Assembly: GCA_009859145.1 (NCBI GenBank)
Contig: VRVR01000056.1
Coordinates: 85 to 64,084, forward strand
Length of the DNA stretch: 64,000 bases
Source of the DNA: Andalucia godoyi And28
Lineage: Eukaryota; Protista; Jakobida
Direction: 5' to 3'
This document shows, one piece after another, positions 43,159 through 54,229 of the stretch (within the stretch, counting starts at the first letter, position 1; each line of letters starts with the position of its first letter). The notes under the pieces were generated by a model that did no database searches, was not told where the DNA came from, and saw only the letters and a list, made by a program, of their open reading frames with translations. A program made the position numbers and the translations under genes.

Positions 43159-44007
43159 ATGTCGAGCAGCACGGAGGATGAGCAGGTTGAGATGACTGAA
43201 GGATACAAAGCTCCAACGAAAGTAGGAGTGAATGATCTTCTGTCAAAGGACTCGGACGACGAGTCACTCCGCGTATGCATTGTTTTTTGTTGTTTTGTTT
43301 TTTTTAAATTTAAAATCCTGTTATCGAAAGATGAACGGCTAGCGTGTATGTGTAATTTTCTTGGGGAGATGCAGGGACTTACTTGTAACTCTTTATTATT
43401 ATTATCATTATTATTATTATTATTATTATTGGAATGTGTTGCATGATGCAGAAATACAAGGAGCAGCTGCTTGGAAAGGGAGGCGCGACTCCGTTTCCCA
43501 ATGATGCTCGACAAGTCATTTTCGAAAAGTTCGAGTATGTACTTCTGACTCTGTGTGCGCGCGCGTGTGTGTTGAATTGCGAATGGATTACTAAGATGAA
43601 TGTCGGGTTGTGGTTGTAGAGTGTTATTCCGGGATCGTGATGCGCTTGTGTTCTCGCTAAAGACGGAAGCTGATATTGCAAAGCTGAAGGAGACGACATT
43701 TACGCTAAAGGAGGACTGCGAATATCAGTTCCGCGTGACGTTTTATGTGCAGCGAGAGATTGTGTCGGGGCTTACGTACTTGAACGTTGTGAAGCGCAAA
43801 GGAATCCGTGTGGACAAGTCCCAGACAATGATTGGATCGTACGGACCTGCGAATACCCCTCATTCGTATACGTTCCCGTGGGAACAGTGTCCTTCGGGAC
43901 TGCTTGCCCGAGGACACTATGCTGCCAAAACGACGTTCCTGGACGTTGACAACCAAAAGCACCTCGAGATGGAGTATGCGTTCGACATCAAGAAGGACTG
44001 GGCGTAG
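43159..44007 (+). CDS. Rho GDP-dissociation inhibitor; exons 43159-43272, 43452-43534, 43620-44007
   Basis: GYKAP, DSDDESLR|KYKEQLLG, FTLKEDCEY, EIVSGL, MIGSYGP, PSGLLARGHY; two GT-AG introns (GTATGC, GTATGT) restore one frame. Confidence 0.95.
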
Positions 44008-44390
44008 CGCGTTCTCCTCTTTTTCTTGTTTCTTCAAGCGCTGGTGTTCCTTTGGATCGTTCTCCCAAGCTTTGCGCCAGATAGTACCGATACCACTAGT
44101 CTACCGCTACTCGTAAACTGATTGTTCTTTTTTCGGATCACGCAAACGGTGAACCCCTCGTTGAATTTCCCATGTGTTATCGTTTATAATTCTACAAAGC
44201 CAAAATAACAACATCTCGTACTCTACGGGGAACATTTCTATCTACGCAACTACTAAAAGAGAAACTGGGGAGGGAACGGGGGATTCCAGAGCAACTTCAT
44301 ACTTTTCTTGTTGCTTGTACAATTTACACGCGCGCGCAGCACCCATGGATGCCTCTACGAAGATGAACTGCGTGCGCGAGTGCGCAAGTA

Positions 44391-44440
44391 GGTGGCTGGG
44401 TGGCTGGGTGGCTGGGTGGCTGGGTGGCTGGGTGGCTGGG
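44391..44440. repeat. (GGTGGCTG)x6 minisatellite
   Basis: Read directly. Confidence 0.9.
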
Positions 44441-44458
44441 ATGAGAGAATAAAAATGA

Positions 44459-45640
44459 CTACGAGTCGTACGGAACAAAGAACATGAGCTTGGCACCCGT
44501 AGACTTGCACGAAGAATCAACGATATCGAGCATCCCAATGGCGTACATGTTGCAGCGGCTCTCGGAACCGCTGGACCTGAACAGAAAGTGCGGAATGCCG
44601 ACTGCTTCGCCACGGAAAGGATATGATTCTGCAGAAGTGTAATAGTGGGTGGCAAACAAGGTCTCCATGACCCGTCTCAACGATTGTTCATTCGCGACGG
44701 ACGATGCTTGGAAGCCGGGTGTGCGAAGCTCTGCCTCTGTAAACACCCCGGAAACCGCCTGTGCGAATGGACAATTGAAGCACATCAGCGAGTTGTGATG
44801 GCCAAAAACTGCGCACGGAAATGGAAAGCTTTGCATCCACATGCAGCAACGCGAGAACGTCTCGTATCCCTCTCGATCTCGCTGAACGGAGTCCCACGGT
44901 GACACAAAGAACGTCTCTTGAATCGCAGAGCTCGAGGCCCAGGCGTTGGACAACCGTCGAATGTGCCCAATCATTTCCCGCGTCACAAGATGTGGACAGC
45001 GAATCAAAAAGTCGAAATACATTGATTTTTGAAAGGCCCACGCGGTGCGATGCGGCGACAAGATCTCTGCAATCTCACTTGCAACTAACGGGTCCACCAT
45101 AGGATTCAGGTCTGGCAAGATCCACGGAAATTTGAACGGATTCATCTTTTCGAGGATCATGATGGTCAGCTGCTGGCTCAAGCCGAGAGAAGGACTGAAT
45201 GAGAATGCACTGTTGCTGCTGCCGCCTCCGCTGCCACCATGCAAGGAAGACTGTGCGCCTGGAAGGAGATCAGGATGTCGCAAGGGATTCGCACATGCGT
45301 ATGCACTGAGAACTGAGGATCGCCAAAGATGCTGAAACCGCGAATTGGCACCCAGTGTCTGCGTCATGGAGCTGAATGTTGGAGAAAAGACAGGAAACGA
45401 TCCGTCAAAACTGGTGGAACGCAAAGGCGCAAACAGTCTCCTGCGAAGAAATTCGGAGTCCGATAAAGACCGGTTCATAGAAGACGCATCCTCACCAGTG
45501 TCGCCTGGGATCGGCCCTTCGGAGCTGAAAATGGGAGACGTGGCAGCCAAGCTGTCCGATGAATTTGCGGTGGCTGTTCCATCGATCATGGATACTGGAT
45601 GGCATTGGCATTGGCATTGGCATTGGCATGTGCATCGCAC
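44459..45640 (-). CDS. PAS-like domain ORF, probably the C-terminal half of the Zn-cluster gene upstream
   Basis: C-terminal MQSFPFPCAVFGHHNSLMCFNCPFAQAVSGVFTEAELR...FRSSGSESRC resembles a PAS fold; overlaps the 45492-46514 ORF in another frame. Confidence 0.55.
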   Translation of the reverse strand: MRCTCQCQCQCQCHPVSMIDGTATANSSDSLAATSPIFSSEGPIPGDTGEDASSMNRSLSDSEFLRRRLFAPLRSTSFDGSFPVFSPTFSSMTQTLGANSRFQHLWRSSVLSAYACANPLRHPDLLPGAQSSLHGGSGGGSSNSAFSFSPSLGLSQQLTIMILEKMNPFKFPWILPDLNPMVDPLVASEIAEILSPHRTAWAFQKSMYFDFLIRCPHLVTREMIGHIRRLSNAWASSSAIQETFFVSPWDSVQRDREGYETFSRCCMWMQSFPFPCAVFGHHNSLMCFNCPFAQAVSGVFTEAELRTPGFQASSVANEQSLRRVMETLFATHYYTSAESYPFRGEAVGIPHFLFRSSGSESRCNMYAIGMLDIVDSSCKSTGAKLMFFVPYDS

Positions 45641-46514
45641 TCGGCACTTGAACTCGCATTTGCACTGTCATCTGTGGTGACATCTGCCCAGAAGCAGCCG
45701 CAGGAGGGGCTGAAGTGGAAATTCTTGGTGGAAGGATTCCAGGGGCCAGTTCCGGATGAGACATGCCTTCCGTCGGCACTGCATTCTTTGCAGCAGCACT
45801 GTTGTCCTGGTCCAGGAGCGAAATTGCAACCAACTCGTGCCACTTTTGACGTTGAGGATACACACATAGGTGTTCAGTTTTTCTTTTGATGCACGATTCA
45901 CAAGGATGGCCACCGGAACATCTTTTTCGCTGGCGATGGCACTCGGTGCACGCTCGTCTTTTCTTTCCTTGGAAGACGGAAAGTGCTGCCGCCGATGCAG
46001 TCCACTGAGAAGAGTGAGCAGAAGCTCCGTGATGTGGCCTTGCCGGATCCTGAATCGACGTTTCTCGGGTCTCGGATGCGTCCGCCCCGCCGCCATCCGC
46101 TGCGACACGGACTTCACGAGGCCACGACAACCGAGCAGAGTCGAATTGCAGGGAAGTTCTGACGACTTCATCCAAAAACACGTTGATGGGGTTCGAATCG
46201 GATGGGGTGCTGGGACAAGATGATGCGACTGACGACGACGATGCTGATGATGAAGAGGACGACGACACTGCTGCTGCTGCTGATGCTGCTGATGCTGATG
46301 CTGCTGATGCTGATGCTGCTGATGCTGATGATGATGATGATGATGATGCTGATGATGCTGATGATGATGATGATGATGGAGGGGCCGGTTGCATTGTATG
46401 GGAGCAGAATCGGTTGTATGCTTCTAGAAATTGGGTGATGCGATATGCGGAACAACGTCCTCCAAATCGAGGGGGGAGGCGTAAAGGTCGTGTTGTTGTC
46501 AAAGAAGAAGCCAT
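45492..46514 (-). CDS. Zn(II)2Cys6 binuclear-cluster transcription factor (N-terminal half)
   Basis: KKRRACTECHRQRKRCSGGHPCESCIKRKTEHLCVYP is a canonical fungal-type Zn2Cys6 motif; start at ATG 46514. Confidence 0.88.
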   Translation of the reverse strand: MASSLTTTRPLRLPPRFGGRCSAYRITQFLEAYNRFCSHTMQPAPPSSSSSSASSASSSSSSSASAASASAASASAASAAAAVSSSSSSSASSSSVASSCPSTPSDSNPINVFLDEVVRTSLQFDSARLSWPREVRVAADGGGADASETRETSIQDPARPHHGASAHSSQWTASAAALSVFQGKKRRACTECHRQRKRCSGGHPCESCIKRKTEHLCVYPQRQKWHELVAISLLDQDNSAAAKNAVPTEGMSHPELAPGILPPRISTSAPPAAASGQMSPQMTVQMRVQVPSAMHMPMPMPMPMPSSIHDRWNSHRKFIGQLGCHVSHFQLRRADPRRHW

Positions 46515-47713
46515 GCGGTCCGACAGTATCGAAACGCGGTCTAAGAGAGAAGGAGAGAGACAGAAGAAAAGAAAAAGAGAAAGACAACGGAAGAACGAAC
46601 GAAGAAGAATAGAAGGAATATGACGGTGAAAAGGCAGAAAAAACGATGTGTACCCAAACGGGTATAATTGAACTGCCACGTACTTTCCGGACACACGCGA
46701 AAACCCCAATCCATTCGTGACTGAACAACGGAACAATATATCAATTCCCAGAAAACCCCGGCCCATCACAAATCGCCAGAATAAGGCAGCGGGGCAAGTT
46801 GGAGAAATGTGTCATGAGAACACTACGGAGCCTGAAACACGTGCGAGCAGTCTGGGCGGCGGGTTTTCTTCTTGAAGAGGCGAGTTCCGAGAACTGCCTA
46901 GAGAAGACGCGCCTGTCTGAGCACTGCAAGAGGCAGGAAAAAGAGGAAACGTGCTTCCACATTGCATCAGATCGCCGAGTGCTCGCACCCTCGTTCTGTT
47001 CTGTGTTTAACACGGTAGACCGCGTGTCAATCTCGATGAGACATCAAGAAGAGCAGCAAGTGGTGCTGCACAGCTCATACCCCGTCGGCGAAACTTTTCT
47101 GGAAACTTCTCCTTCCTCTTTTTCCATCCACGCTTCCATAGGGCTCTGCTCGGTCGCTGCGAATTGCTGCTTGCGGAACATCGAAGTGCTCGACAAATTC
47201 GGTGCTCTCGAATTAGGTGCTCCGCTCTCCGAAGGATTTTTGCATCTCGTTGCACGGCGTATCAAAAGGTTGTATGGGGACCGCGCTTCTCGTACACAGC
47301 GACACGTGCAGCGAATACAATCCAGGAAGTTTTATAGAACTACCCCTTCTTGATGATTGACTGTTTGAGATGCTTGACTTTATCGCGTAAAAGAAGATCG
47401 TAACACAATACGGATCGAGCGTACGGGCTGAACGCCCTCGTCCAAGCGTCAGTTGCACTGCAAAATCGCGACAGATTTGTTGACTGTCCGCAGGTTTCAC
47501 GCAGTCCCGGCGAACAAGTTTTGACCAAAGGGCAGGCAAGGTTACATGTTCCCCCGTGAGACCTCCGGGGGGTCTCCCCTGGTTCACAAACTTGCCGTTC
47601 TGGAACAACCACAAAAAACAAAATTAAATTAAATTAATTCATTAAAAAAAAAAAGACGGAGACAAAGGAGACGCTGCTCGCTAGTCGCAGGTCCCAGCCG
47701 CGGCCACGTCACG

Positions 47714-49495
47714 TTATGAACACAACATTTTGAGAAAGCTTGCTGCCTGTGGGTCAGCTGCATTGCACAGTTGATCCAGTGCAAGCAGAAAATCAAACGT
47801 GAACTTCAACAGGAGGTCGACATGGGGCTGCAAGCACATCGGAACTTCGTATAAGAATTCTACCAACGCAAGGAGAGAAGACGAAATGGGAGCGGAGTTC
47901 TTGAGCCGTTGTGCAATTGGAATCGGGAAGCTCCAAATTCTTGCCGACAAGGAATCTTGCTTGGCGGCCCCGGCAGCAGCAGTGGGCGACGGCAGCAGCG
48001 GTTTCCGATGAATAACGTAGCTTTCCATGAGAGACCGCATTTGCGCAACAGGCAATGGTCTGCACGTAATGGACAATGGGCGCTTTCCAAACAGCAATGA
48101 AATGTCCTCGGCAAGGACCTGGACTTCTGGAGTAGTGATGGTTGCGGCGACATTGATCTGCACTTTCGCTTCCACTTTCGCCCCTCTTTTCCGACGCTGG
48201 TCATGCTCAATAGAACCTTTTTCCAGCGAGACTCGGATCCCTGCATACGCAGTCCCCGCTTCGCCACCACCAATTGGCCTGCGAATCTTTTTCGACTGTG
48301 CATTCTCATCATCATCAGCAGCAGCAGGCCCAGCAGGCCCAACATCGTCTGCATCTCGTAGCGTGCCTGAATCCCGCTCCATCTTGGCTGGAGCTTGAAG
48401 AAGCGCAGGGAATTCGATTGCGGTTTGCCGATCTTGGTACAATCGTCCCCGCAAGACCGGTTCTATTGCGTGCACCACGCCAAAAGCCCCGTTTTCAGAA
48501 AGCTCGGAGTGGTTGATGACGTACGGAGTCACTGCTACGTAATCTCTGTTTTCAGCATCGAGCTCCGCGAATGGGACCGATACAATGTCGGCATGCGCGT
48601 CTTGCATTTCATACTTTAAGGAAACCAGCTGCGTGATTTCGTCGTATGCTTTTGCGGCGGAAATCCAGTCCCGCGAATCGCAGGAACAATCCAGCAGGAC
48701 TCGCAGCGACGACACGTGCGACTGCGAATCGTGAATGGCCCCCTCATACGAAAATAAATCAAAGGATCGAATGGGCACATGCATGGCCTTCGTCCACTGA
48801 TAACGGCTTCTTGCGGCCTCGAATTCCTTAATGTATTGATGCTCCTTTTCCAGGTCCTCGTTTTGGCGAAGTGCATCTTGAAACTTGCGGTGCAATTCGG
48901 AATACGTCAGAAACTGTGCACGATCTGCAATGGTGGGATTCTCAACTTGCACCGCGACGGACAGCGTTTGGACCGGTGGCAGCCGAGGGACTGGCTCATC
49001 CGCGGGGCTCATTGCAGATCCGCGTCTGCCCCGGCCGCTGCCAGTCGGTAATCCCCTCGGTCTCCCACCACCGGCCCCAGTAGACCCCGTTTCAAGGCTC
49101 GACAATCGCAAGACGTCCACATGCACACCATGCTGCGCCGGGCCGCTGAGAGAGCCCGATCGGCTTGTCGCAACAGACCGATCAAGCTCTTGCAACCTCT
49201 CGAAGAACGTGACGTTTCGCACACGCAAATCTTCATCCGACGTCAGCCCACTTTCAGAAAACACTAGACTTCGCATCGTATGATTCAGCATTAGAAAGAG
49301 CTTGGAGTAGTCTCCCAGAAGAAAATGCTCGGTCAGCTCATCCAGTGTTTCAAACATGACGCTACAAAGCTCCACATACGCTTCGACATCTGGACTTAGT
49401 GTTTCCGCGTGGCGCATCGCACACAGACTCTGAAAGTTGGTCATCGCAGCAGAGAGTCTCATTTCCATCTCCACAACGGACGAAGAAAACACCAT
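47714..49495 (-). CDS. Hypothetical protein (~593 aa)
   Basis: Long ORF with natural composition; first ATG 49495; no family recognised. Confidence 0.65.
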   Translation of the reverse strand: MVFSSSVVEMEMRLSAAMTNFQSLCAMRHAETLSPDVEAYVELCSVMFETLDELTEHFLLGDYSKLFLMLNHTMRSLVFSESGLTSDEDLRVRNVTFFERLQELDRSVATSRSGSLSGPAQHGVHVDVLRLSSLETGSTGAGGGRPRGLPTGSGRGRRGSAMSPADEPVPRLPPVQTLSVAVQVENPTIADRAQFLTYSELHRKFQDALRQNEDLEKEHQYIKEFEAARSRYQWTKAMHVPIRSFDLFSYEGAIHDSQSHVSSLRVLLDCSCDSRDWISAAKAYDEITQLVSLKYEMQDAHADIVSVPFAELDAENRDYVAVTPYVINHSELSENGAFGVVHAIEPVLRGRLYQDRQTAIEFPALLQAPAKMERDSGTLRDADDVGPAGPAAADDDENAQSKKIRRPIGGGEAGTAYAGIRVSLEKGSIEHDQRRKRGAKVEAKVQINVAATITTPEVQVLAEDISLLFGKRPLSITCRPLPVAQMRSLMESYVIHRKPLLPSPTAAAGAAKQDSLSARIWSFPIPIAQRLKNSAPISSSLLALVEFLYEVPMCLQPHVDLLLKFTFDFLLALDQLCNAADPQAASFLKMLCS

Positions 49496-50268
49496 GATCA
49501 CTGTCGTCGTTGTTGTTGTCGTTGCCGTCGTTCTTGCAGACTATTTTCTTGATCGTGGGTTTGGTGCCCTTCTGTTGTGGGGTGACACTGGAAAAAGCAA
49601 CAATCGCAAACATAAAAACTGGATGATAGAGAAGATGACGATGACGACAGGGACGAATGAAACCAAGTTTGGCACTGGCGTGCTGTGCTGTGCTTTTTCA
49701 TGTTTGTTTGCTCCTACACTTTGAGACGTTTTCCCAAATTCTGCTCATATGGGCAACAGCCGAGACAGCGCGCAGCTGGTGGCGTTGAGCAACAGGGACG
49801 CGCGCTCCTGTTGACAGATTCCCCGTCTTTATGTATGCATCACAGCTTCGATCTTGCCGGGGCTCTGTACAGAAAAAGTGGGGGAGGAACGCGGAAGGGT
49901 ATTCAATGTTTTATGATACCTATTAGCAGAGGGTTTCATCTTTGGAAGAGTCTCACAAGGACACAGTTTCCCGGGCGAGGGGGAAACGTGGAATTCATCA
50001 TTCCTCTTATTATTATTTTTTTTTTCTCTTTTAGAAAGCCACAACACAGAAACACAAGGACAAGGAGGGAACATCTCCGTAGAACACAATAGATCACACA
50101 CATACAAGGACATACGAGAACAAGGGGAAGACGACGCACTGAAACACAAAAAAGGGCACACTGAACCGCTGGCACAGAAGAAACAAACAGACAAACAGAA
50201 GAAGAAGAAGAAGAAGAAGAAGAAGAAGAAGAAGAAGAAGAAAGGGTGGAGTGTTGCATGGGCAGTGC

Positions 50269-51297
50269 TTACGTCGAGGCAAGAAGGGAGCGGCGACGTT
50301 GAAGCTGAACATCTCCAGAGGACACTGCGCCATTTGAATCATTAAGAGGTGCAGTGTACATGGTTTGCTGCTGGACATGCTTATCCTGCTGGACAGGCGC
50401 TGACAGTGGCTTAAAGTCCACGGTGAACTCGAAATCATTCGGGAGCTTCTTCCCCTTGTCGCAGTCTCCCTTTTTGAACACCAGTCGGTTGCTGGCATCG
50501 TCCACAAAGTACGTATTGAACCAGACATGTGCAAGCTTCTTGTACTCCTGTTTCGCTGCGCAGCCCTTTGCTTCCTTGCGCTGCATCAGCTCAATCTTCA
50601 CGTCTCCTTGGACCGTCACGCCCTTTCCAGAAAGCGCATCCGTGATGCCCTCCCACAAAACGGTGTTATCCGGTCCCAGAATCTTCACGTACTCGCCTCG
50701 CGAGATTCCCGTGATCTCCCGCGACGGAGCCTCCGGGGCGTTATCCATGTGCATTACCTGGAAAAAGTACCGTACATATCTCTGTTGCGAGGCAATCGTG
50801 ACTCCCTTTCCATTATGCGTTCGTTTTTCGCCGTAGAACTTGAGCGCCTCCTCCACCGTTGGAAACTGCTTGTCAAAGAGCATGAACGCCGTAATCATCA
50901 ATCCCGTCCTCCCTTTCCCGGCTTTGCAGTGAATAATCACCACATTCAGCGGATCTTCGCGCAGAAACGCCTGCACAGACCTGCACAGATCGAATATCAT
51001 TTGCAGTGGACATGCCTGGTGGTCATAAAACGGAAAACACTCCACACGCCCATTGAAAAAACACGCATCATATCGCCGCTCAGCACACAGGTTGTACACC
51101 TTGTAGTGGTCCTTGTGCCGAGTCTCTGCAAACCGCTGGCACTCTGCCATTGGATTCCGGAACATTGCCTCGCGCCCCTGAGACGGAAATCCCATCGCAA
51201 TGATCTGAGGCGTTATATACGCCAGATCAAGCTTGAACCCTTCCTGATCAAACCGACGCTTCTTCTTCGACACCAGCTTTCTCAAAAAATGCGGCAT
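50269..51297 (-). CDS. PTEN: PTEN/TPTE-family lipid phosphatase (phosphatase + C2)
   Basis: LVSKKKRRF, DLAYITPQIIAMGFP, VYNLCAERRY, PFYDH, catalytic HCKAGKGRTG, GVTIASQQRYVRY; start at ATG 51297. Confidence 0.95.
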   Translation of the reverse strand: MPHFLRKLVSKKKRRFDQEGFKLDLAYITPQIIAMGFPSQGREAMFRNPMAECQRFAETRHKDHYKVYNLCAERRYDACFFNGRVECFPFYDHQACPLQMIFDLCRSVQAFLREDPLNVVIIHCKAGKGRTGLMITAFMLFDKQFPTVEEALKFYGEKRTHNGKGVTIASQQRYVRYFFQVMHMDNAPEAPSREITGISRGEYVKILGPDNTVLWEGITDALSGKGVTVQGDVKIELMQRKEAKGCAAKQEYKKLAHVWFNTYFVDDASNRLVFKKGDCDKGKKLPNDFEFTVDFKPLSAPVQQDKHVQQQTMYTAPLNDSNGAVSSGDVQLQRRRSLLAST

Positions 51298-51308
51298 CTC
51301 TCTCTCTC

Positions 51309-51342
<34 letters not shown>

Positions 51343-52451
51343 CTCCGCTCTACGTCTCTCTGTGCGTGTGAGAGTCTGTCTCGTTAAAGAGGGAAAAAAA
51401 GAAGTTTTGAAATTTAAAAAACTCTGATTAAAAAATAATGAAATCAATGAAATCAAAGACAATAATGAAATCAAAGACAAAAATGAAATCAAAGACAGCA
51501 AAGAATAAAAAGTCTGAAGCAGTGAAGTCGACCATAAAAAGGCTTGGATTATGTGCGGAGAATTTGGGGACTAATTCATTTTGGATTTGGTACAACGGCA
51601 AACCGCCACTACGACAGCGCACGGGGCCAGTTTCGACATTTCGGCGGTCGCCTCGTTCCAATGCTCATCAGTGTTGATCAGTACTGGCAACACTTCCCTT
51701 GCTTTCATGAGGATTTATGCTTACAACTCCCTCCACGAGAAGCGCCGAGGCAGCCATCGCGCACTTCGCTTAAAGCAAAAAGGCGCTCAGAATGATTGAA
51801 TAATGCTTCAAACACGCATTTCGAGAACCAAAGCCAAGCGCGATCCATTTCGAACTCCACAGCGTTTGTACTCTTCAGTTGCTTCGTCGTGGACTACAAC
51901 ATCTCCGCATTCAGCAGCTTTGATGATCAGATGCTCCATGGCAATATCAGATTCCATCTTGTCTAAATGAAGAGTCTCTCTTTGCATTCTTTTTCCGTGG
52001 CAGTTGTGCCGGAGCGGCTTGCGGGGTTCTTTCGGATGGATTCGATGGAACAGAGGCGTCCACGATTTACTCGATCTTTCCAGAGGAACCGCCCCATCAT
52101 CTTCTGAGCGTGATAGGAAGAGAGATATCCAAGTGTTTTGGCTTTAACCGCGCTCGCTTCGAGATACTTTAAAATACGGGATTCCGAATTTTGCATCTCA
52201 TTCGGTTCCTTATCATATTATATAAATCTAAATCTCAGTTCGAAAAACTGCAGTCCGCAAGCTGTCGTAGACGCTCTGCGAAACCAACGGACCTTTTTTA
52301 CTTGGTTGTTTCTTCGATCTCGGGTTTTTCCCGATCGAGATAGTGTTGAAGAAGGTGGATGGACGTGCAGTGCATTCGACGCTTGGATAGATAGTTGATC
52401 GGAATCAGAGTTTGGAATTGCGTGTGTGGAAGGGTGAGAGAGCGTGTGAGA

Positions 52452-54035
52452 ATGTCGCATTCGTACTCTTCGCTGTTTCTTGATTCGAAGGGAATGGACG
52501 ATATTGTGACGCTGCGGGTCCGGGAGCTTGAGATGGCTCGAAACATGCTTTCGACGAAGATCCAGTCGTACGCTGAAGAATTGCATCAGCTTCTGAATGG
52601 TGCTGATCTTGATCCGCGGTCGGTGGTTGCATTGGAGTCGGGAGAACTGCACGGGATGTTCCAGTCTGCAAACTCGCAACTGGCGAACATGACGCTGAAA
52701 ATCCGCACGCTGAAAGAGTCGATCCAGGCAATTGTGGCGGTTAAGTGCCAGGTGTTGCACGACTTGCTGCCTTTGCTGGAGCTTGCAAAGGCTCAGGAGC
52801 GCCAGAAGCGGTCTGCGTTCGTCAGAGATTTGGAAGAAAAGACCGTGGCGGCAGAGTCGCATTTGCGGGCCAAGAAGTCCCAGTTTGCATCTCTTGCAAC
52901 GTACTTGTCGCGGTTGCACGAAGAAATGATTGGAAAGGCTGTCCGAAACGGCTGGTCAAGCTACTCGCCAGAAAGTGCCATGAACAACACCTCAGCCTTG
53001 AGCAGCGGCCAAACAAAGGCGCAACTCTTGGAAGCCGAGATTTCCGTGCTTGATCGAACCATTTTCTTGTTTCTTCCAAATATTACAAGGCCCGACACTC
53101 AGTCAGTGTCAGACGATGGTCATGGTGGCGGTGGCGATGTCGATGTGACAACGAATAGTGAATTGCGGCAGGACACTTCAGAGACTCACTTGGCATCGTC
53201 AGACTTGTCAGACTCGTCTGCCCACAGTCACAGCGTGTTCGTCGGCACTCCGCTTCAGAACCATCGACTGGGATACGGAAAGGATGCTAGCATGGGTGCT
53301 GCCCAGCGTGAACGAATTGGACAAATGTACGAAGACGTGAGCGAAGGAAGGGAGATGGCACGCTCAATCTTCCTCGGCTTCTGTTTTGATGCAGGAATCT
53401 TTGACACACATTTTGGACTGCATGATGCAGATCGATGCTTTGACATGGCCCTCGCTGGAACAGCATCGGCATCGACGGTGCTGAACGGAGACAGCTTTAG
53501 GGCTGCGTTGGAAATGGTTGCCCGCGAGAAGTACTCATTGCTGAGTTTGTCGATTGCGGATTTCTCCCTCGAAAGAGCCATCCAAAAGCTGTTGACCAGA
53601 TGCGCCCTGTCACTTTCTCTTTGCAAGAAGAAAACTGTGTTGAAACCAAGGTGGGCAGAATTGCTTGCGCCGTCTCTCGTGGGCGTTTATAATGGATTTG
53701 AGCGGTCACTGTCGTTGGTGTTTTCTGCTTTTTCCAAGGCGGGGGAGATGGACGTGCACCAGTTTCTGCTCATGGGATCCAGCTTCCAGATTCCCGTGCC
53801 TGATTCGGAGGCAGTGAGGATATTCAGAGAGGGCTCTGTGTACAATCGCGAAAAGATTTGCTACTCTGAGTTTCTGATCGTTGTCGGCTTGTGCTGCGCT
53901 GTTTCCACCAAGACACGGGGGTCCATGAGAGAACGCATCGAACGGTGGCTGACTATTCGATGGTGTTGCAACGACTATGAAAAGGTTCGACAGTTGCTTA
54001 GCGACAAGTGCCCACCTACCGCAAAGCCCGAGTAG
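52452..54035 (+). CDS. Coiled-coil protein with p25alpha/EF-hand-like C-terminal region
   Basis: N-terminal heptads; FCFDAGIFD...DADRCFD...FRAALEMVAREKY and MDVHQFL...ICYSEFL patterns; start at ATG 52452. Confidence 0.55.
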   Translation: MSHSYSSLFLDSKGMDDIVTLRVRELEMARNMLSTKIQSYAEELHQLLNGADLDPRSVVALESGELHGMFQSANSQLANMTLKIRTLKESIQAIVAVKCQVLHDLLPLLELAKAQERQKRSAFVRDLEEKTVAAESHLRAKKSQFASLATYLSRLHEEMIGKAVRNGWSSYSPESAMNNTSALSSGQTKAQLLEAEISVLDRTIFLFLPNITRPDTQSVSDDGHGGGGDVDVTTNSELRQDTSETHLASSDLSDSSAHSHSVFVGTPLQNHRLGYGKDASMGAAQRERIGQMYEDVSEGREMARSIFLGFCFDAGIFDTHFGLHDADRCFDMALAGTASASTVLNGDSFRAALEMVAREKYSLLSLSIADFSLERAIQKLLTRCALSLSLCKKKTVLKPRWAELLAPSLVGVYNGFERSLSLVFSAFSKAGEMDVHQFLLMGSSFQIPVPDSEAVRIFREGSVYNREKICYSEFLIVVGLCCAVSTKTRGSMRERIERWLTIRWCCNDYEKVRQLLSDKCPPTAKPE

Positions 54036-54229
54036 GTGGCTGTGTGTGCGTGTGGATGGCTGGGTGCCTGCAAGAAAAGGCAATTAACTTTGTACAGATT
54101 TTACTATTGCCGTGCCCTGCGTAGGATGTATAAACAGTAATTGGAGATTGAAAGAAAAATGACGTACCTCTGGTCGACTTGCTCTCAACATTTGCTTGGA
54201 AAAAAACCAATCATAATTATCATCGTCTG

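Noticed and set aside
46799-47621. ORFs of 93-184 aa on both strands
   Set aside because: Cannot decide which, if any, is coding; no motif.
51428-52200. 18-bp AATGAAATCAAAGAC repeats and short minus ORFs upstream of PTEN
   Set aside because: Only about three imperfect units with no spacers; ORFs unrecognisable.
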